Assembly (NCBI GenBank): GCA_050287785.1
Contig: JBNKCO010000083.1
Location: 198,968-262,967, forward strand
Source of the DNA: Bacteroidales bacterium
GTDB taxonomy: Bacteria; Bacteroidota; Bacteroidia; Bacteroidales; UBA10428
Reading direction: 5' to 3'
DNA length: 64,000 bases
Of the stretch, positions 10,407 through 20,622 are shown piece after piece. The notes below the pieces were generated by a model. The model worked only from the letters and a program-made list of their open reading frames with translations, searched no databases and was not told where the DNA came from. Each line of letters begins with the position of its first letter. Positions within the stretch are counted from its first letter, which is position 1. The translations under genes and the position numbers were made by a program.

Positions 10407-12125
10407 CTATTTGTTCTCCTCAGCTAATCGACGGGCATCAAGGTCTTTTTCCACTGTTTGGCAAGTTTCTCTGTCTATTGTATAGAAAATCATTAGTAAG
10501 GAACCTACTATATAAAGAATACCCGGGTATACAGACAGCAATAATCTAATTCCCTTAACAGCTTCTTCAGATTGTACTGCGGCACCTTCATTATATCCAA
10601 ATCTGGTTAATAGAAACCCAGTAATTCCGATTCCAATACTCCAACCTGCTTTTTGTGCAAAGGTGCTTGCAGAAAAGAAAAGCCCTGTTGCTCTGCGACC
10701 AGTTTTCCATTCGGAATGGTCGGCTGTATCAGCAATCATTGTCCAAAGAATTGGTATAGTTGGCGCAAAGGATACTTTTGCTAGAATATTAAACAAAAAG
10801 ATTAAGTTCAATTGATCCGGCCCTGGGAAATACATCATCACAAAAAACACACCCGAAAGAAGTGCACATATTAAATATATTTTCTTTTTATCGAATCTCT
10901 TCACTAAATGTTTTGAGGCTGGTATAGCCAAAATAAGAGCAACTGTACCAAGAAAGTTAAATCTCTGAGCAATATTTGCATCTCCAATATAATATTGAAA
11001 ATAATACCAAATAACACCATTTTGCATTGAAAATATAATAAAGAAAATAATTCCTGAAAAGAATAAAACTATCCAGGAACGTGAATGAACTAAATCTTTT
11101 ACATCTTTTTTAATTGAGACCTCTTGAGTTTTTAATGGCTTAATTCGTTCCCGAGTGGTGGCAAAAGTTATAAGAAAGAATATTATTGATATAATCGCAA
11201 AAATACCAATCGTGCCTTTAAATCCTTTTTGTTTATTAATTACTTCATCATTAAGTGTAATTGGACTAATGATTTTAGCTTCAGTGCTATAAAACACAGT
11301 ATCGGTGTTTGCATTTGGAAATTGAATATCAACTTGTGCCTTCCGTTTGCCATTTTCATCAGTGTTATTTGATTTTACTTTCAATAATTTATTGATAAAG
11401 GCAACGGATTTTAAGTCCTCCGAACAAATAAACAATGTATCCTGATCTTTAACTCCTGTTTCACTTGTTATTTCATAAACTACTGTATCAATTTGTGATG
11501 AATTAAGAACAGTGTTAATTATAATAGTATCATTGTTTACCAGTTCAATATTATGCTTTGAATTATTGTATATAATTTTTGTTGTATAATCTTCTTTCCC
11601 AAAGTAATTAACACTGGTTAAAGCATAACTCACAACTACAAGCATCCCTACAAAACCCAATGCCATTCTCCAGGAATTAATACTAGTTCTTTCTTCAGCA
11701 TTTGAGGTCATTACCCCTGCTAACGAGGAATAAGGTAAATTAATACCTGTATAAATAAGCATTACAGCAAAATTTGTTGCAACAGCATATATGATTTTTG
11801 CTGTGCCATCGAAACTTGGTGTAGATAAAGCCAAATATGTAAAAACCCCAAAAGGAATCGCCATCCATAAAATATAAGGTCGGAATTTACCCCAGCGAGT
11901 TTCTGTTCGATCCGCTATTATTCCCATAATAGGGTCTGTTACCATGTCTACAAATCGCCCAGAAACTATAATAAGACCGGCAACCCAAGCTGACAATCCA
12001 TATACTTCTGTATAAAACATTAAAAGCCAAAAACCAAAGGTATCCCATACAAAATGAGAGGCGGTATCGCCTAATCCATAACCGAGTTTTTCTTTAAACG
12101 ATATTTTCGAGACCAGCTTATTCAT
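10407..12125 (-). CDS. MFS glycoside-pentoside-hexuronide (GPH):cation symporter with a roughly 130-aa insertion in the TM5-TM6 loop
   Basis: GPH signatures: KLGYGLGD, DPIMGIIADRTETRWGKFRPYIL, NAEERTSINSWR. It is 572 aa, whereas the neighbouring GPH paralog is 485 aa. The extra non-hydrophobic block spans residues about 175-303. Confidence 0.8.
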   Translation of the reverse strand: MNKLVSKISFKEKLGYGLGDTASHFVWDTFGFWLLMFYTEVYGLSAWVAGLIIVSGRFVDMVTDPIMGIIADRTETRWGKFRPYILWMAIPFGVFTYLALSTPSFDGTAKIIYAVATNFAVMLIYTGINLPYSSLAGVMTSNAEERTSINSWRMALGFVGMLVVVSYALTSVNYFGKEDYTTKIIYNNSKHNIELVNNDTIIINTVLNSSQIDTVVYEITSETGVKDQDTLFICSEDLKSVAFINKLLKVKSNNTDENGKRKAQVDIQFPNANTDTVFYSTEAKIISPITLNDEVINKQKGFKGTIGIFAIISIIFFLITFATTRERIKPLKTQEVSIKKDVKDLVHSRSWIVLFFSGIIFFIIFSMQNGVIWYYFQYYIGDANIAQRFNFLGTVALILAIPASKHLVKRFDKKKIYLICALLSGVFFVMMYFPGPDQLNLIFLFNILAKVSFAPTIPILWTMIADTADHSEWKTGRRATGLFFSASTFAQKAGWSIGIGITGFLLTRFGYNEGAAVQSEEAVKGIRLLLSVYPGILYIVGSLLMIFYTIDRETCQTVEKDLDARRLAEENK

Positions 12126-12164
12126 TATGCTATTGTTTAGACATTATATTATGAGATATTATTT

Positions 12165-13622
12165 TTAATTTCTGGGTTCATCTTCTCCCTGGTGCCGAAC
12201 TTTACCACGACGTAATACCAAGGCTTCCCGAATTTCGTTTGCCTTATTCTCTGTTAAATCATATTTCCATATGGTAATAATAGCTAAGAATGCTGTTGCT
12301 ATTGGAATTATAATATCTGCCAATCGTAAGTTTATCAAAGCTTCTGCTGATTGAACATCAATATTCTCATTAAAACCAACATAATGCAAAACTACTCCAC
12401 TTGTTAGCATAGCAAGGGCAGTTCCAAGTTTCACCATCCACCAGTAAACTGCACCAAACATTGCTTCACGTCGTTCTCCATTTCTAAGTTCATCTAAATC
12501 GCATACATCAGCAGTCATTGACATCATTAAAGTAAACAGTCCTCCTATTCCGAATGAGAGAAAAGGAATTGGTATAAACATCAACCACGGATTTTCAGGA
12601 TTAAATCCCCACCATTTTAATGCATATCCAACAACTGAGAGAAGTGTTGCTATGATAAAAGCATTCTTTTTACCAAATTTCTCGGCCAATTTTGTTACAA
12701 CTGGTATTACAAGAAACATTGTTCCTAATGCACTTACTGTTCCAAACCAAGCAGGCCAGTGTCCTGCCCCAACTTTATCTCCTTGAAAAAGATAGTAGAC
12801 AATGATAAAGAATGCAAATTGAGCAATAGTTTGAAAACCATTAAAAATCAAGAAAGTTGATCCGCAAAGTCTCAAAAAAGGTTTGTTTTGAATAGTAAGC
12901 TTAATTCCCTTAATAAATTCCTTAGTGTTAGCAGACAACTCTTTGGTCGACAAACTTTTCAACTTCTCCTTTTCCGGTACTATCAATTCTTTATTAAAAA
13001 GTGCTGGCAGAATACCTAAAATCATACATAATCCTCCAACCCAAACAGATAGAATTCTAGCTCCTTCCGGTGCTGAATCAAAAAGATTTGGATTATAGAT
13101 TATTACCCAAAACCAGGGAGCGACAACCCATGCTATCTGCCCCATTACCTGAGAGACAGCCATTAACCTTGTTCGCTCATTGTAATCAGGAGTCATTTCG
13201 TACCCCAAACCAATTAGTGGAGTTGCAAATATGGTATAACCAATGTAAAAGAAAATTGAAACAACTAAAAAGTAAAAGAAATTATGTATTTCGGAGTTTT
13301 CAGGATTCAGCTGCCACATTACCATAAAAGAAACTCCGGCAATTACGCTTCCAAATAATATATATGGTTTTCTACGCCCCCATTTAGATTTTGTGTTGTC
13401 TGATATAAACCCCATAATAGGATCGGTTAAAGCATCAAGAAGTCTCGGTAATGCGCCTAACAATCCGGCAAGTATCGGGTTCATTCCTAATGACATAACC
13501 AAAACTACCATAAACACACCCAAAGCAGCAGGAAATAACTGATTAGCCAAATGCCCTGATCCAAATGCAATCTTCTGTCCGAATGGAACTACGTCTTCCC
13601 TTGAGTTTTTTTTGTATGTCAT
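12165..13622 (-). CDS. MFS GPH-family oligosaccharide:cation symporter
   Basis: DPIMGFISDNTKSKWGRRKPYIL motif; about 12 hydrophobic segments; adjacent to a paralogous GPH gene. Confidence 0.8.
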   Translation of the reverse strand: MTYKKNSREDVVPFGQKIAFGSGHLANQLFPAALGVFMVVLVMSLGMNPILAGLLGALPRLLDALTDPIMGFISDNTKSKWGRRKPYILFGSVIAGVSFMVMWQLNPENSEIHNFFYFLVVSIFFYIGYTIFATPLIGLGYEMTPDYNERTRLMAVSQVMGQIAWVVAPWFWVIIYNPNLFDSAPEGARILSVWVGGLCMILGILPALFNKELIVPEKEKLKSLSTKELSANTKEFIKGIKLTIQNKPFLRLCGSTFLIFNGFQTIAQFAFFIIVYYLFQGDKVGAGHWPAWFGTVSALGTMFLVIPVVTKLAEKFGKKNAFIIATLLSVVGYALKWWGFNPENPWLMFIPIPFLSFGIGGLFTLMMSMTADVCDLDELRNGERREAMFGAVYWWMVKLGTALAMLTSGVVLHYVGFNENIDVQSAEALINLRLADIIIPIATAFLAIITIWKYDLTENKANEIREALVLRRGKVRHQGEDEPRN

Positions 13623-13681
13623 GCTTATTGATAATTTTATTTTCTTTTGAATACTCTATTGATTTGGTTGAAAAATGAAGG

Positions 13682-14782
13682 TTATTTTCGGTCAGGATAA
13701 AGTTCCTTCATTACTTTCTTGGGTTTACGATCAACTGTAAAAAGCCCCCAATGCTTTTCAGCACCCATTGGATTGTCAGGATTTCCTTTCCAATCTTCAT
13801 CGAATGCTTCAAAGAAAAAAGTAGTAATATTCATTTCGGCCGACCAGGACATAAATTCATTGAAATATTGTAGTTGTTTATCCTCACTTGCCCGCTCCCC
13901 AAATTCTGAGGCTACAGATGCCCATCCAGCTTCACTTATAACTATCTGACTTTCCGGAAAGGCTTTACGAACTTTCAATACATTTTCAATGGAATAAGAT
14001 AATCCTTCATAAATATCTTTTCCCTCCCAAACAGGGTAAACATGTATAGCAAGAAAATCTACGATTTTTGCAAGTTCAGCTCCCCCCTTAAGCCACCAAT
14101 CATAATTATCGGCAACAGTAACAGGTTGTTTTATAGATTCCTTTACATATTTAACATATGAAATAATAGTGTCTTCTTCTACCATATGATCGTTCCACTC
14201 TACTAAAGCTTCGTTTCCAACATTTACAGCAACTACTATATCTGAATAGGTTTTTGCCAGCTCAATTCCTTTATCAATTTCTAATTTGTTTTTTACCCGA
14301 TTTGCCATAAGGGTTTCTTTAGGAATGGGATTGTTCAGCCATGGACAACTTTCATGATTGCTTACCTCTGCATCGAGCCACATGCCCAGCATTACTTTAA
14401 TATTGATCTTATTATCAGCAATAAGCTTTAATACCATTTCAGAGTTTTCGCCACAATCGTATAAGCGTATTAATTGAAAATTTGAATTGCGAGAAAGAAT
14501 CTGTAGATCTTCCAACACATCGCTCTCTGATGGATTTATGGCTCCATTGCCCCTGTCAGGATGCTGACCTGTGCGAAAACCCGAATAGCTTACAGCTTGA
14601 GAAATTCCGGCTAACAGGTCTTCTTTATCTTGCTTTATTAGCGCTGAAGGAGTACTAACTATTTTCAAATTATCACTTGCCGACTGTGACTCGACAGCTT
14701 GTCCGCAACCTAAAAAGCAAAAAGACAATGCAATAATTGCTATTGTTGATTTTAGGATAGATTTTATGCTTTTACTTTTCAT
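13682..14782 (-). CDS. GH17 glucan endo-1,3-beta-glucosidase, lipoprotein
   Basis: Lipobox (FLGCG). TIM-barrel clan GH-A motifs: NVGNEAL (acid/base) and ISEAGWAS (nucleophile, analogous to plant GH17 E-T-GWPS). Confidence 0.7.
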   Translation of the reverse strand: MKSKSIKSILKSTIAIIALSFCFLGCGQAVESQSASDNLKIVSTPSALIKQDKEDLLAGISQAVSYSGFRTGQHPDRGNGAINPSESDVLEDLQILSRNSNFQLIRLYDCGENSEMVLKLIADNKINIKVMLGMWLDAEVSNHESCPWLNNPIPKETLMANRVKNKLEIDKGIELAKTYSDIVVAVNVGNEALVEWNDHMVEEDTIISYVKYVKESIKQPVTVADNYDWWLKGGAELAKIVDFLAIHVYPVWEGKDIYEGLSYSIENVLKVRKAFPESQIVISEAGWASVASEFGERASEDKQLQYFNEFMSWSAEMNITTFFFEAFDEDWKGNPDNPMGAEKHWGLFTVDRKPKKVMKELYPDRK

Positions 14783-14862
14783 TTTACTTATTTTTTTACT
14801 GGTTAAGTATATTTTTTAAGTTTTCTGATATGAAGATCTACATGACAGAGTATATTGATTAG

Positions 14863-17800
14863 CTATTCCTTTATTGAAACCTCTATTAGTATTACTTCAC
14901 CTTTGCGATCAAATATTAAATTGCTCAATTGCTGATTAATCAAATTACTCTTGAACACTTCCTTTTGACCATTTTTTAGCGAAACTGTTACATCATCATC
15001 ATCATCAGAAAGGCTATAGACTACCGGCACCTGACATAAAGTAAATGCAAGTTGCTTTTCAGTTAGCGTAATTTGTTGTTTTTCCGAATGCAGATCGAAG
15101 TACTCAAAAACCTTGTTTTTAATTAAAAACTCATTTCGGTCCAAGAGTCCAGTATCAAAGGAAATCTCTCCTTTGTGCACTCTTACACCCAATTCGCCCA
15201 TGCGAGCTATTACATCTTCTTTCACTTGTCCCGTCATACCTGGTTGTTTTACTCCTGCACCTCCGGGTGTATGAGAATATGCATCGGTTGGAAATGCCCC
15301 ATAAAGTTCTGGTGATTTATAAAGGCCAATACCTGCCTTTATCTCATAATAATGGTCCTTTAATTGTCCTATAATTTTCGGATTTGCATTCTCATCAATA
15401 GCTTTAAAGAAATTTTCTTCCGTTGCCAGCAAAAGCTTAGAAACCATGTGCCAGTATATACTTCCCAGACCTTCGTAGGCATAGAAAGTACCCGACCTTC
15501 CAGTAAATGATTGGTGATCAAACATTTCTTCATATATATCCAGCACTATACAACTCTCTTCCTGAACCAGAGAGCTATATTCGTCTGAATTCAGCTTACC
15601 AAGTGCATTTTTCAGCACATTAGCGTTTCTGAAGTTCCCGTTAAAATGGTAATTACCAGAATCATCCACACTAATAATTGAAGTATTATTATCATTAATT
15701 AGTCTGCTCAATAATTTTGATTCTTTTACCTTATTTGCAGGAATGTTATTTTTCTCAATAAATAAAGGAAGTTGGCGATCGGGGTAAAGAATGTAACTAT
15801 ATTGATCTTCCCTAAAAAGTTTGCTCTTCTTTAAAGAATCCAGAACATCAAGACTTTCTTTCGGGGATAGGGAACCTGCACTAAGCACAGCAACTTGTCC
15901 TTCAAGCATTTCATATAAATAACGGATTGAGACACCTTTTTCGCTGAATGAAATTAGGTTGTAGGCATGATATAAACCATCGCCCCTTTTATTTGCACTA
16001 ATTGATTGATCTATAAATTCCAATGCAATTTCAGTGAAATAAACTAATTCTTTTTGTTTCACTGATTTTCTTGTTCCTGAAAATGAATTCGTATATAAGG
16101 AGTTGCGGTATTTAGTACCTGCTTCGCCAAGAATATTTGTAAAATGAAGACGTTCCTCATCAGAAAAACCCTTCACCAGAATTGATGTGTTTTCTATAAA
16201 TAAGTTTAAAACGCTATCAAACAGCGTTTTTACTTCCTCTGAAATATTTATTGAGCTTACTGAAAGATCGCTAAATACTTCATTCAGAAATTTTAAAAAT
16301 CGGCGAATGTAATAAAGCGTTACCATAGAAACGCCATTACCAACAAGTGCATTATTGGCATCGTTCCATTCTGGTCTCTGAGTATTTAACCAAATACCCG
16401 CTTCAGGTATGAAATTGCTCAATTTAGACAATAAGGTAACAAGAATCTTTTCGGTCAGATTAACGTGATATATTTTGTTTTCATTATTTAAAACTAAACG
16501 TCCATCGGCTCCTAACTCCTCTACGAGATCCCTAATTTTGTTATTTAGCTTTGCATCAAAAAGAATGGTGTCCTGAGGGTTCTTAACTATCTCATCGTAG
16601 GATTTTATACGGTATGGAATATTTGCATAGGCAAAAATGTCCTTAGTAAGAAATTCTTTTAGTTTCCCTGGATGATAATTATTTGATAGCTCGAAAAGTT
16701 TCTGTAAGTAAATAATCTGATGATCGCCCCAATAGCCAATGTAAGCCCATGGATCTTCAGGATCCGGACATTCCCAGTCGATGCCGTTACGCATTATTCG
16801 ATAAGGGTTGTACCCATCAGGTGTAGATGCGTTAAGAAACTTACTTATTATGTTCTCTATAAATTCCGGATAAGATATGCTTAGTGCTTCCCAATTCTGG
16901 AAAATATCTCTCCAGTTTCCCTGGTAATCACACTTTGGACTTCCATCATCGTTTTTTGTATCGATAGAGAAAAAATTCCACGGTCGGCTAGGGTCTCCAT
17001 GTCTACGACTAAACGTCAAAGGCAAGTATTCATAACATAATCGTATAAAATCGACGTTACCAGTTCTTTCGGCTAACTGAATCAAATCATGATGAGAAAT
17101 TACATCAGGAATTTCATTCATCAACGGCTCAAATTCTTTGGCGATTATCTTATTTATACTTAATATGAATTTTTTGAAATCGTGCGTCTCAATATTATAA
17201 TTGTCCAAAAAAATGCCTCCACGCATTACATTAAACATTGTATTGGAAAAATGTCGCGCTGAACCGAGTTCTTCATTGCTGTTTTGAATACCATCTGCAC
17301 TGGCAACAATTTTAATAAGATTGTTGGTGCCTTGCTTAATATCCTTATCTACAAACTTTTCTAAAAAACTTTCTTTTTCAAGTAAATGATTAAGGTTAGC
17401 AACATCGGTAGTACTTTGGTTGATTTCGGCAACAATCATCCATTCGTGCCTTGATTGTTTTTTAAGCCCTAATTTAGCATTCACCATATATGCTCCACGA
17501 GAAGCTCTTATGTCGGTTTCTGTTTGAACAGATAATCCTTTTTTGAAGTTTTGAAACTGCTTATTTGAAATCAGAATTTTACTATCTGACAGACCTGCTG
17601 ACCAGACTGTTGTTGCATTTAATGATTCGCTTGGCTCAGCTCTGTCTACCGGAATTGAACTAAGCATAAATAAACCTAAACCTGTATTACTTAAAAGTTC
17701 ATTCTTTTTATAACCATCGAGAAGGTTGCTATATTCATTTTGAAAGTTATAGTCCACCCCACTAGGAAGAATATTAGTAATACCATCAAGCAATTCAATT

Positions 17801-18321
17801 TTTACAGATGAATTACTTAGGTTAGTAACAGCAGACTTCTTAACAAACCCAAATTTTTCGGTGCTATACCAACCATACTGAAATCTAACTTCTAAATCTT
17901 TGTTAGTTTCCTCAAATATTATTTTATCACCGTAAATACTTTTATACAGATTTCTTTCAATCTTATATATATTGTTCAAGTCTTTTGAAAAAGGTTCCCA
18001 TAAATAGGTTTTTTCATTTTTTTCGACAAGAAGAATAGATTTACTTCCGGTGATTCCGCAGTAATCATGAATCTTATCGTCGGTGTAGTATGGAAACAAT
18101 GCATTATTCCGGTCTTTTCTACCAGCTGACAAAGAACCATTACTTGAAATAAACATCCAGTGATCGGAGTCGCTCACGATTGTCATAAAAAAGTCTGGCA
18201 TAAGATTATTGTTCGAAATCTTATAAAACTTTTCACCCTGAATTTCAACAAACTCGCCCCCTACCTGAGCTTCTATCCCATTTAAAAGTGTTTGTCCCAA
18301 ATATATCTTGCTCTTCTTCAT
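14863..18321 (-). CDS. Large cytoplasmic GH94/GH149/GH161-clan-like glycoside phosphorylase (putative beta-1,3-glucan/laminari-oligosaccharide phosphorylase)
   Basis: 1152 aa with no signal peptide. Three motifs read like the GH94-clan active site: GNWRDIFQNWEAL (R-D-x-x-Q), RPEWNDANNAL (the DWND catalytic-Asp box) and SHTPGGAGVKQPGMTGQ (His ... G-x-T-G phosphate site). It lies inside a beta-1,3-glucan locus next to importers. Confidence 0.5.
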   Translation of the reverse strand: MKKSKIYLGQTLLNGIEAQVGGEFVEIQGEKFYKISNNNLMPDFFMTIVSDSDHWMFISSNGSLSAGRKDRNNALFPYYTDDKIHDYCGITGSKSILLVEKNEKTYLWEPFSKDLNNIYKIERNLYKSIYGDKIIFEETNKDLEVRFQYGWYSTEKFGFVKKSAVTNLSNSSVKIELLDGITNILPSGVDYNFQNEYSNLLDGYKKNELLSNTGLGLFMLSSIPVDRAEPSESLNATTVWSAGLSDSKILISNKQFQNFKKGLSVQTETDIRASRGAYMVNAKLGLKKQSRHEWMIVAEINQSTTDVANLNHLLEKESFLEKFVDKDIKQGTNNLIKIVASADGIQNSNEELGSARHFSNTMFNVMRGGIFLDNYNIETHDFKKFILSINKIIAKEFEPLMNEIPDVISHHDLIQLAERTGNVDFIRLCYEYLPLTFSRRHGDPSRPWNFFSIDTKNDDGSPKCDYQGNWRDIFQNWEALSISYPEFIENIISKFLNASTPDGYNPYRIMRNGIDWECPDPEDPWAYIGYWGDHQIIYLQKLFELSNNYHPGKLKEFLTKDIFAYANIPYRIKSYDEIVKNPQDTILFDAKLNNKIRDLVEELGADGRLVLNNENKIYHVNLTEKILVTLLSKLSNFIPEAGIWLNTQRPEWNDANNALVGNGVSMVTLYYIRRFLKFLNEVFSDLSVSSINISEEVKTLFDSVLNLFIENTSILVKGFSDEERLHFTNILGEAGTKYRNSLYTNSFSGTRKSVKQKELVYFTEIALEFIDQSISANKRGDGLYHAYNLISFSEKGVSIRYLYEMLEGQVAVLSAGSLSPKESLDVLDSLKKSKLFREDQYSYILYPDRQLPLFIEKNNIPANKVKESKLLSRLINDNNTSIISVDDSGNYHFNGNFRNANVLKNALGKLNSDEYSSLVQEESCIVLDIYEEMFDHQSFTGRSGTFYAYEGLGSIYWHMVSKLLLATEENFFKAIDENANPKIIGQLKDHYYEIKAGIGLYKSPELYGAFPTDAYSHTPGGAGVKQPGMTGQVKEDVIARMGELGVRVHKGEISFDTGLLDRNEFLIKNKVFEYFDLHSEKQQITLTEKQLAFTLCQVPVVYSLSDDDDDVTVSLKNGQKEVFKSNLINQQLSNLIFDRKGEVILIEVSIKE

Positions 18322-18350
18322 GTCTTTTAAAAATCTTATTATCTATTCTT

Positions 18351-20615
18351 TTATTGATTGTTATTTAAGTAGAATCTGCCTTTTTGATTCCCCACCATTA
18401 CTGTAAAATAGCCAGGTTCAGTTACCCATTTGTTTTGCTGGTTTACAAACCTCAGGTCGTTAGTAGTTAAAGTGAAATTAAGTTTTTGCCTTTCTCCCGG
18501 TTGAAGTTCAATTTTCTCAAACCTCTTTAATTGTTTAACAGGAGGTGCAACAGAAGCTACTTCGTCGGAAACAAACAACATTACCACCTCCTTTCCTGTA
18601 ACTTTACCAGTATTTGTTAATTCAATGCTTATTTCTATTGAATCAGAAAGTGAAATTGAATCACTGCTAATTTCTAATCCGGAATACTTAAATTTCGTAT
18701 AACTTAATCCGTAACCGAATTCATATTGTGGTGACAGGTCTTTTAAGCCAAAGGACTCATGAAAATCATAGGGCATTAATGAACCTGTATACTTTGGATA
18801 AGTATAAGGCAATTTACCTGATGGATTATGATCGCCATATATTATATCAGCAATCGCACGGCCCCCCTCATTGCCGGGTAGGAAGGCCATGACAATTGCA
18901 TTAACCATTGGTTCAATAGACCTAATAATACGAGGTCGTCCCTGAACCATGACAAGTATTACTGGCTTACCAGTTTCTGAAAGTCTTTTTACTAATTTCT
19001 GTTGAATTGGAGGTAATTCAAGTTCATCAGCATTGCTAAACATTTCGGTAGCTGGCTTTTCACCAACACACACAACAACAACATCAGCTTTTGCTGCATT
19101 GCGAACTGCTTGTTCAATATCAATATTTTCAGAATCAGTAGTTCCTGGATTATACATTACATTTTCGGCGCCAACTTTTGTTTTAATTGCGTCAAGAATC
19201 GTAAGCTTATCTAAGTCATTAAATCGGGTATCTTCACCACTCCAAGAGCGCGACCATGCACCATTCAGATAATTAATTGAATTAGCTGCTGCCCCGGTAA
19301 CAAGAACCTTGGTATCTTTCTTTAAAGGCAGAATCGATTGGTGATTTTTAAGAAGTGTAATACTCTCGCATGCCATTTGGTGATTTATGCTATCTGACTG
19401 AGCAGAACCAAAATCATTATACTGGTAGTTATCAAAATATGGGGTATTAAATACTCCGGATTTAAACTTTACATACAATATTCTTCGAACAGCATCATTA
19501 ATTCGTGATAAAGGAACTTCTCCTGAATTGACTAAATCTACCAGCAAAACAGCAAAGCTTTCGTCATAGGGTTCCATGCAAATATCAACACCTGCCAACA
19601 CACTCAATTTAACTGCTTCTCTTTCATTAGCAGCAACTTTATGACCCAGATATAGATTGTCAATATCGCCCCAATCGGTTATTAGCACACCTTTAAAGTT
19701 TAATTCTTTCTTTAATAAATTGGTAAGTAGATTATGGTCGGCATGCGAAGGCACACCATTTATTGAGCCGGAAAAAATCATGATAGAAAGTAAACCATTA
19801 TCAATAGCAGCCTCGAATGGTGGAAGAAGATACTGACGCATATAGCTTTCAGATAGTATTACAGGAGAGCGGTCTTTCCCACAATATGTAGCTCCATAGC
19901 CCAGAAAATGTTTAGCACAGGCTACTGCTTTAGTTGGAGCTGCTGGATTATTACCTTGCATTCCCTGCATCATTTTTGTACCAAGAGTGGTAACCAGGTA
20001 AGGATCTTCTCCAAAACTTTCAGCAATGCGACCCCAATAAGGATTACGAGCAACATCAAGTACTGGAGAAAAATTCCAGGGTTGTGCTCCTGCCTTCAAT
20101 TCATAGGCAGTTAATTCTCCAAGCTTTTTAGCATAGTTTGCATTAAAAGTTGCAGCTATATTTATCTGATGAGGGGTCATAATTGAGCCCTCTGTATAAG
20201 TTGCTCCATGAACGCCATCCATGCCATAGAGAATAGGTATACCTAAACGCGTATCTTCAAGGGCAACCTTTTGAATGTATCCAATGATTTCTCTCCAATA
20301 TTCTGGTGAAATCGGAAAACCGGCATAATTTTGAATTGAACCTGCTCCGTATTTTACTATCAATCGGTTAACTTTTGCAGTATCAAAAACTATTGTGTCC
20401 CTTGCTGCGAAGAACTCTCCTTCAAGTAAGGCTCCTAATCCTAAATTGAGCATTTGGCCAACCTTCTCCTCTAAAGTCATTAGGTCCATTAGACTATCTA
20501 CTTTAGTGTAGATAAGCTTATCTTCTTCTGAAATAATCTCTGTATTATTTATGGAGTTATTACAAGCAAAACTGATAAACAGACAACAAACTGCTATAAA
20601 GGAAATTATCTTCAT
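18351..20615 (-). CDS. bglX: GH3 beta-glucosidase/exo-beta-1,3-glucosidase, lipoprotein
   Basis: Lipobox (ISFAC). GH3 motifs: GIPILYGMDGVHG, KHFLGYG, GVLITDWGD (nucleophile Asp). C-terminal FnIII-like domain. Confidence 0.9.
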   Translation of the reverse strand: MKIISFIAVCCLFISFACNNSINNTEIISEEDKLIYTKVDSLMDLMTLEEKVGQMLNLGLGALLEGEFFAARDTIVFDTAKVNRLIVKYGAGSIQNYAGFPISPEYWREIIGYIQKVALEDTRLGIPILYGMDGVHGATYTEGSIMTPHQINIAATFNANYAKKLGELTAYELKAGAQPWNFSPVLDVARNPYWGRIAESFGEDPYLVTTLGTKMMQGMQGNNPAAPTKAVACAKHFLGYGATYCGKDRSPVILSESYMRQYLLPPFEAAIDNGLLSIMIFSGSINGVPSHADHNLLTNLLKKELNFKGVLITDWGDIDNLYLGHKVAANEREAVKLSVLAGVDICMEPYDESFAVLLVDLVNSGEVPLSRINDAVRRILYVKFKSGVFNTPYFDNYQYNDFGSAQSDSINHQMACESITLLKNHQSILPLKKDTKVLVTGAAANSINYLNGAWSRSWSGEDTRFNDLDKLTILDAIKTKVGAENVMYNPGTTDSENIDIEQAVRNAAKADVVVVCVGEKPATEMFSNADELELPPIQQKLVKRLSETGKPVILVMVQGRPRIIRSIEPMVNAIVMAFLPGNEGGRAIADIIYGDHNPSGKLPYTYPKYTGSLMPYDFHESFGLKDLSPQYEFGYGLSYTKFKYSGLEISSDSISLSDSIEISIELTNTGKVTGKEVVMLFVSDEVASVAPPVKQLKRFEKIELQPGERQKLNFTLTTNDLRFVNQQNKWVTEPGYFTVMVGNQKGRFYLNNNQ

Positions 20616-20622
20616 AAAGATT

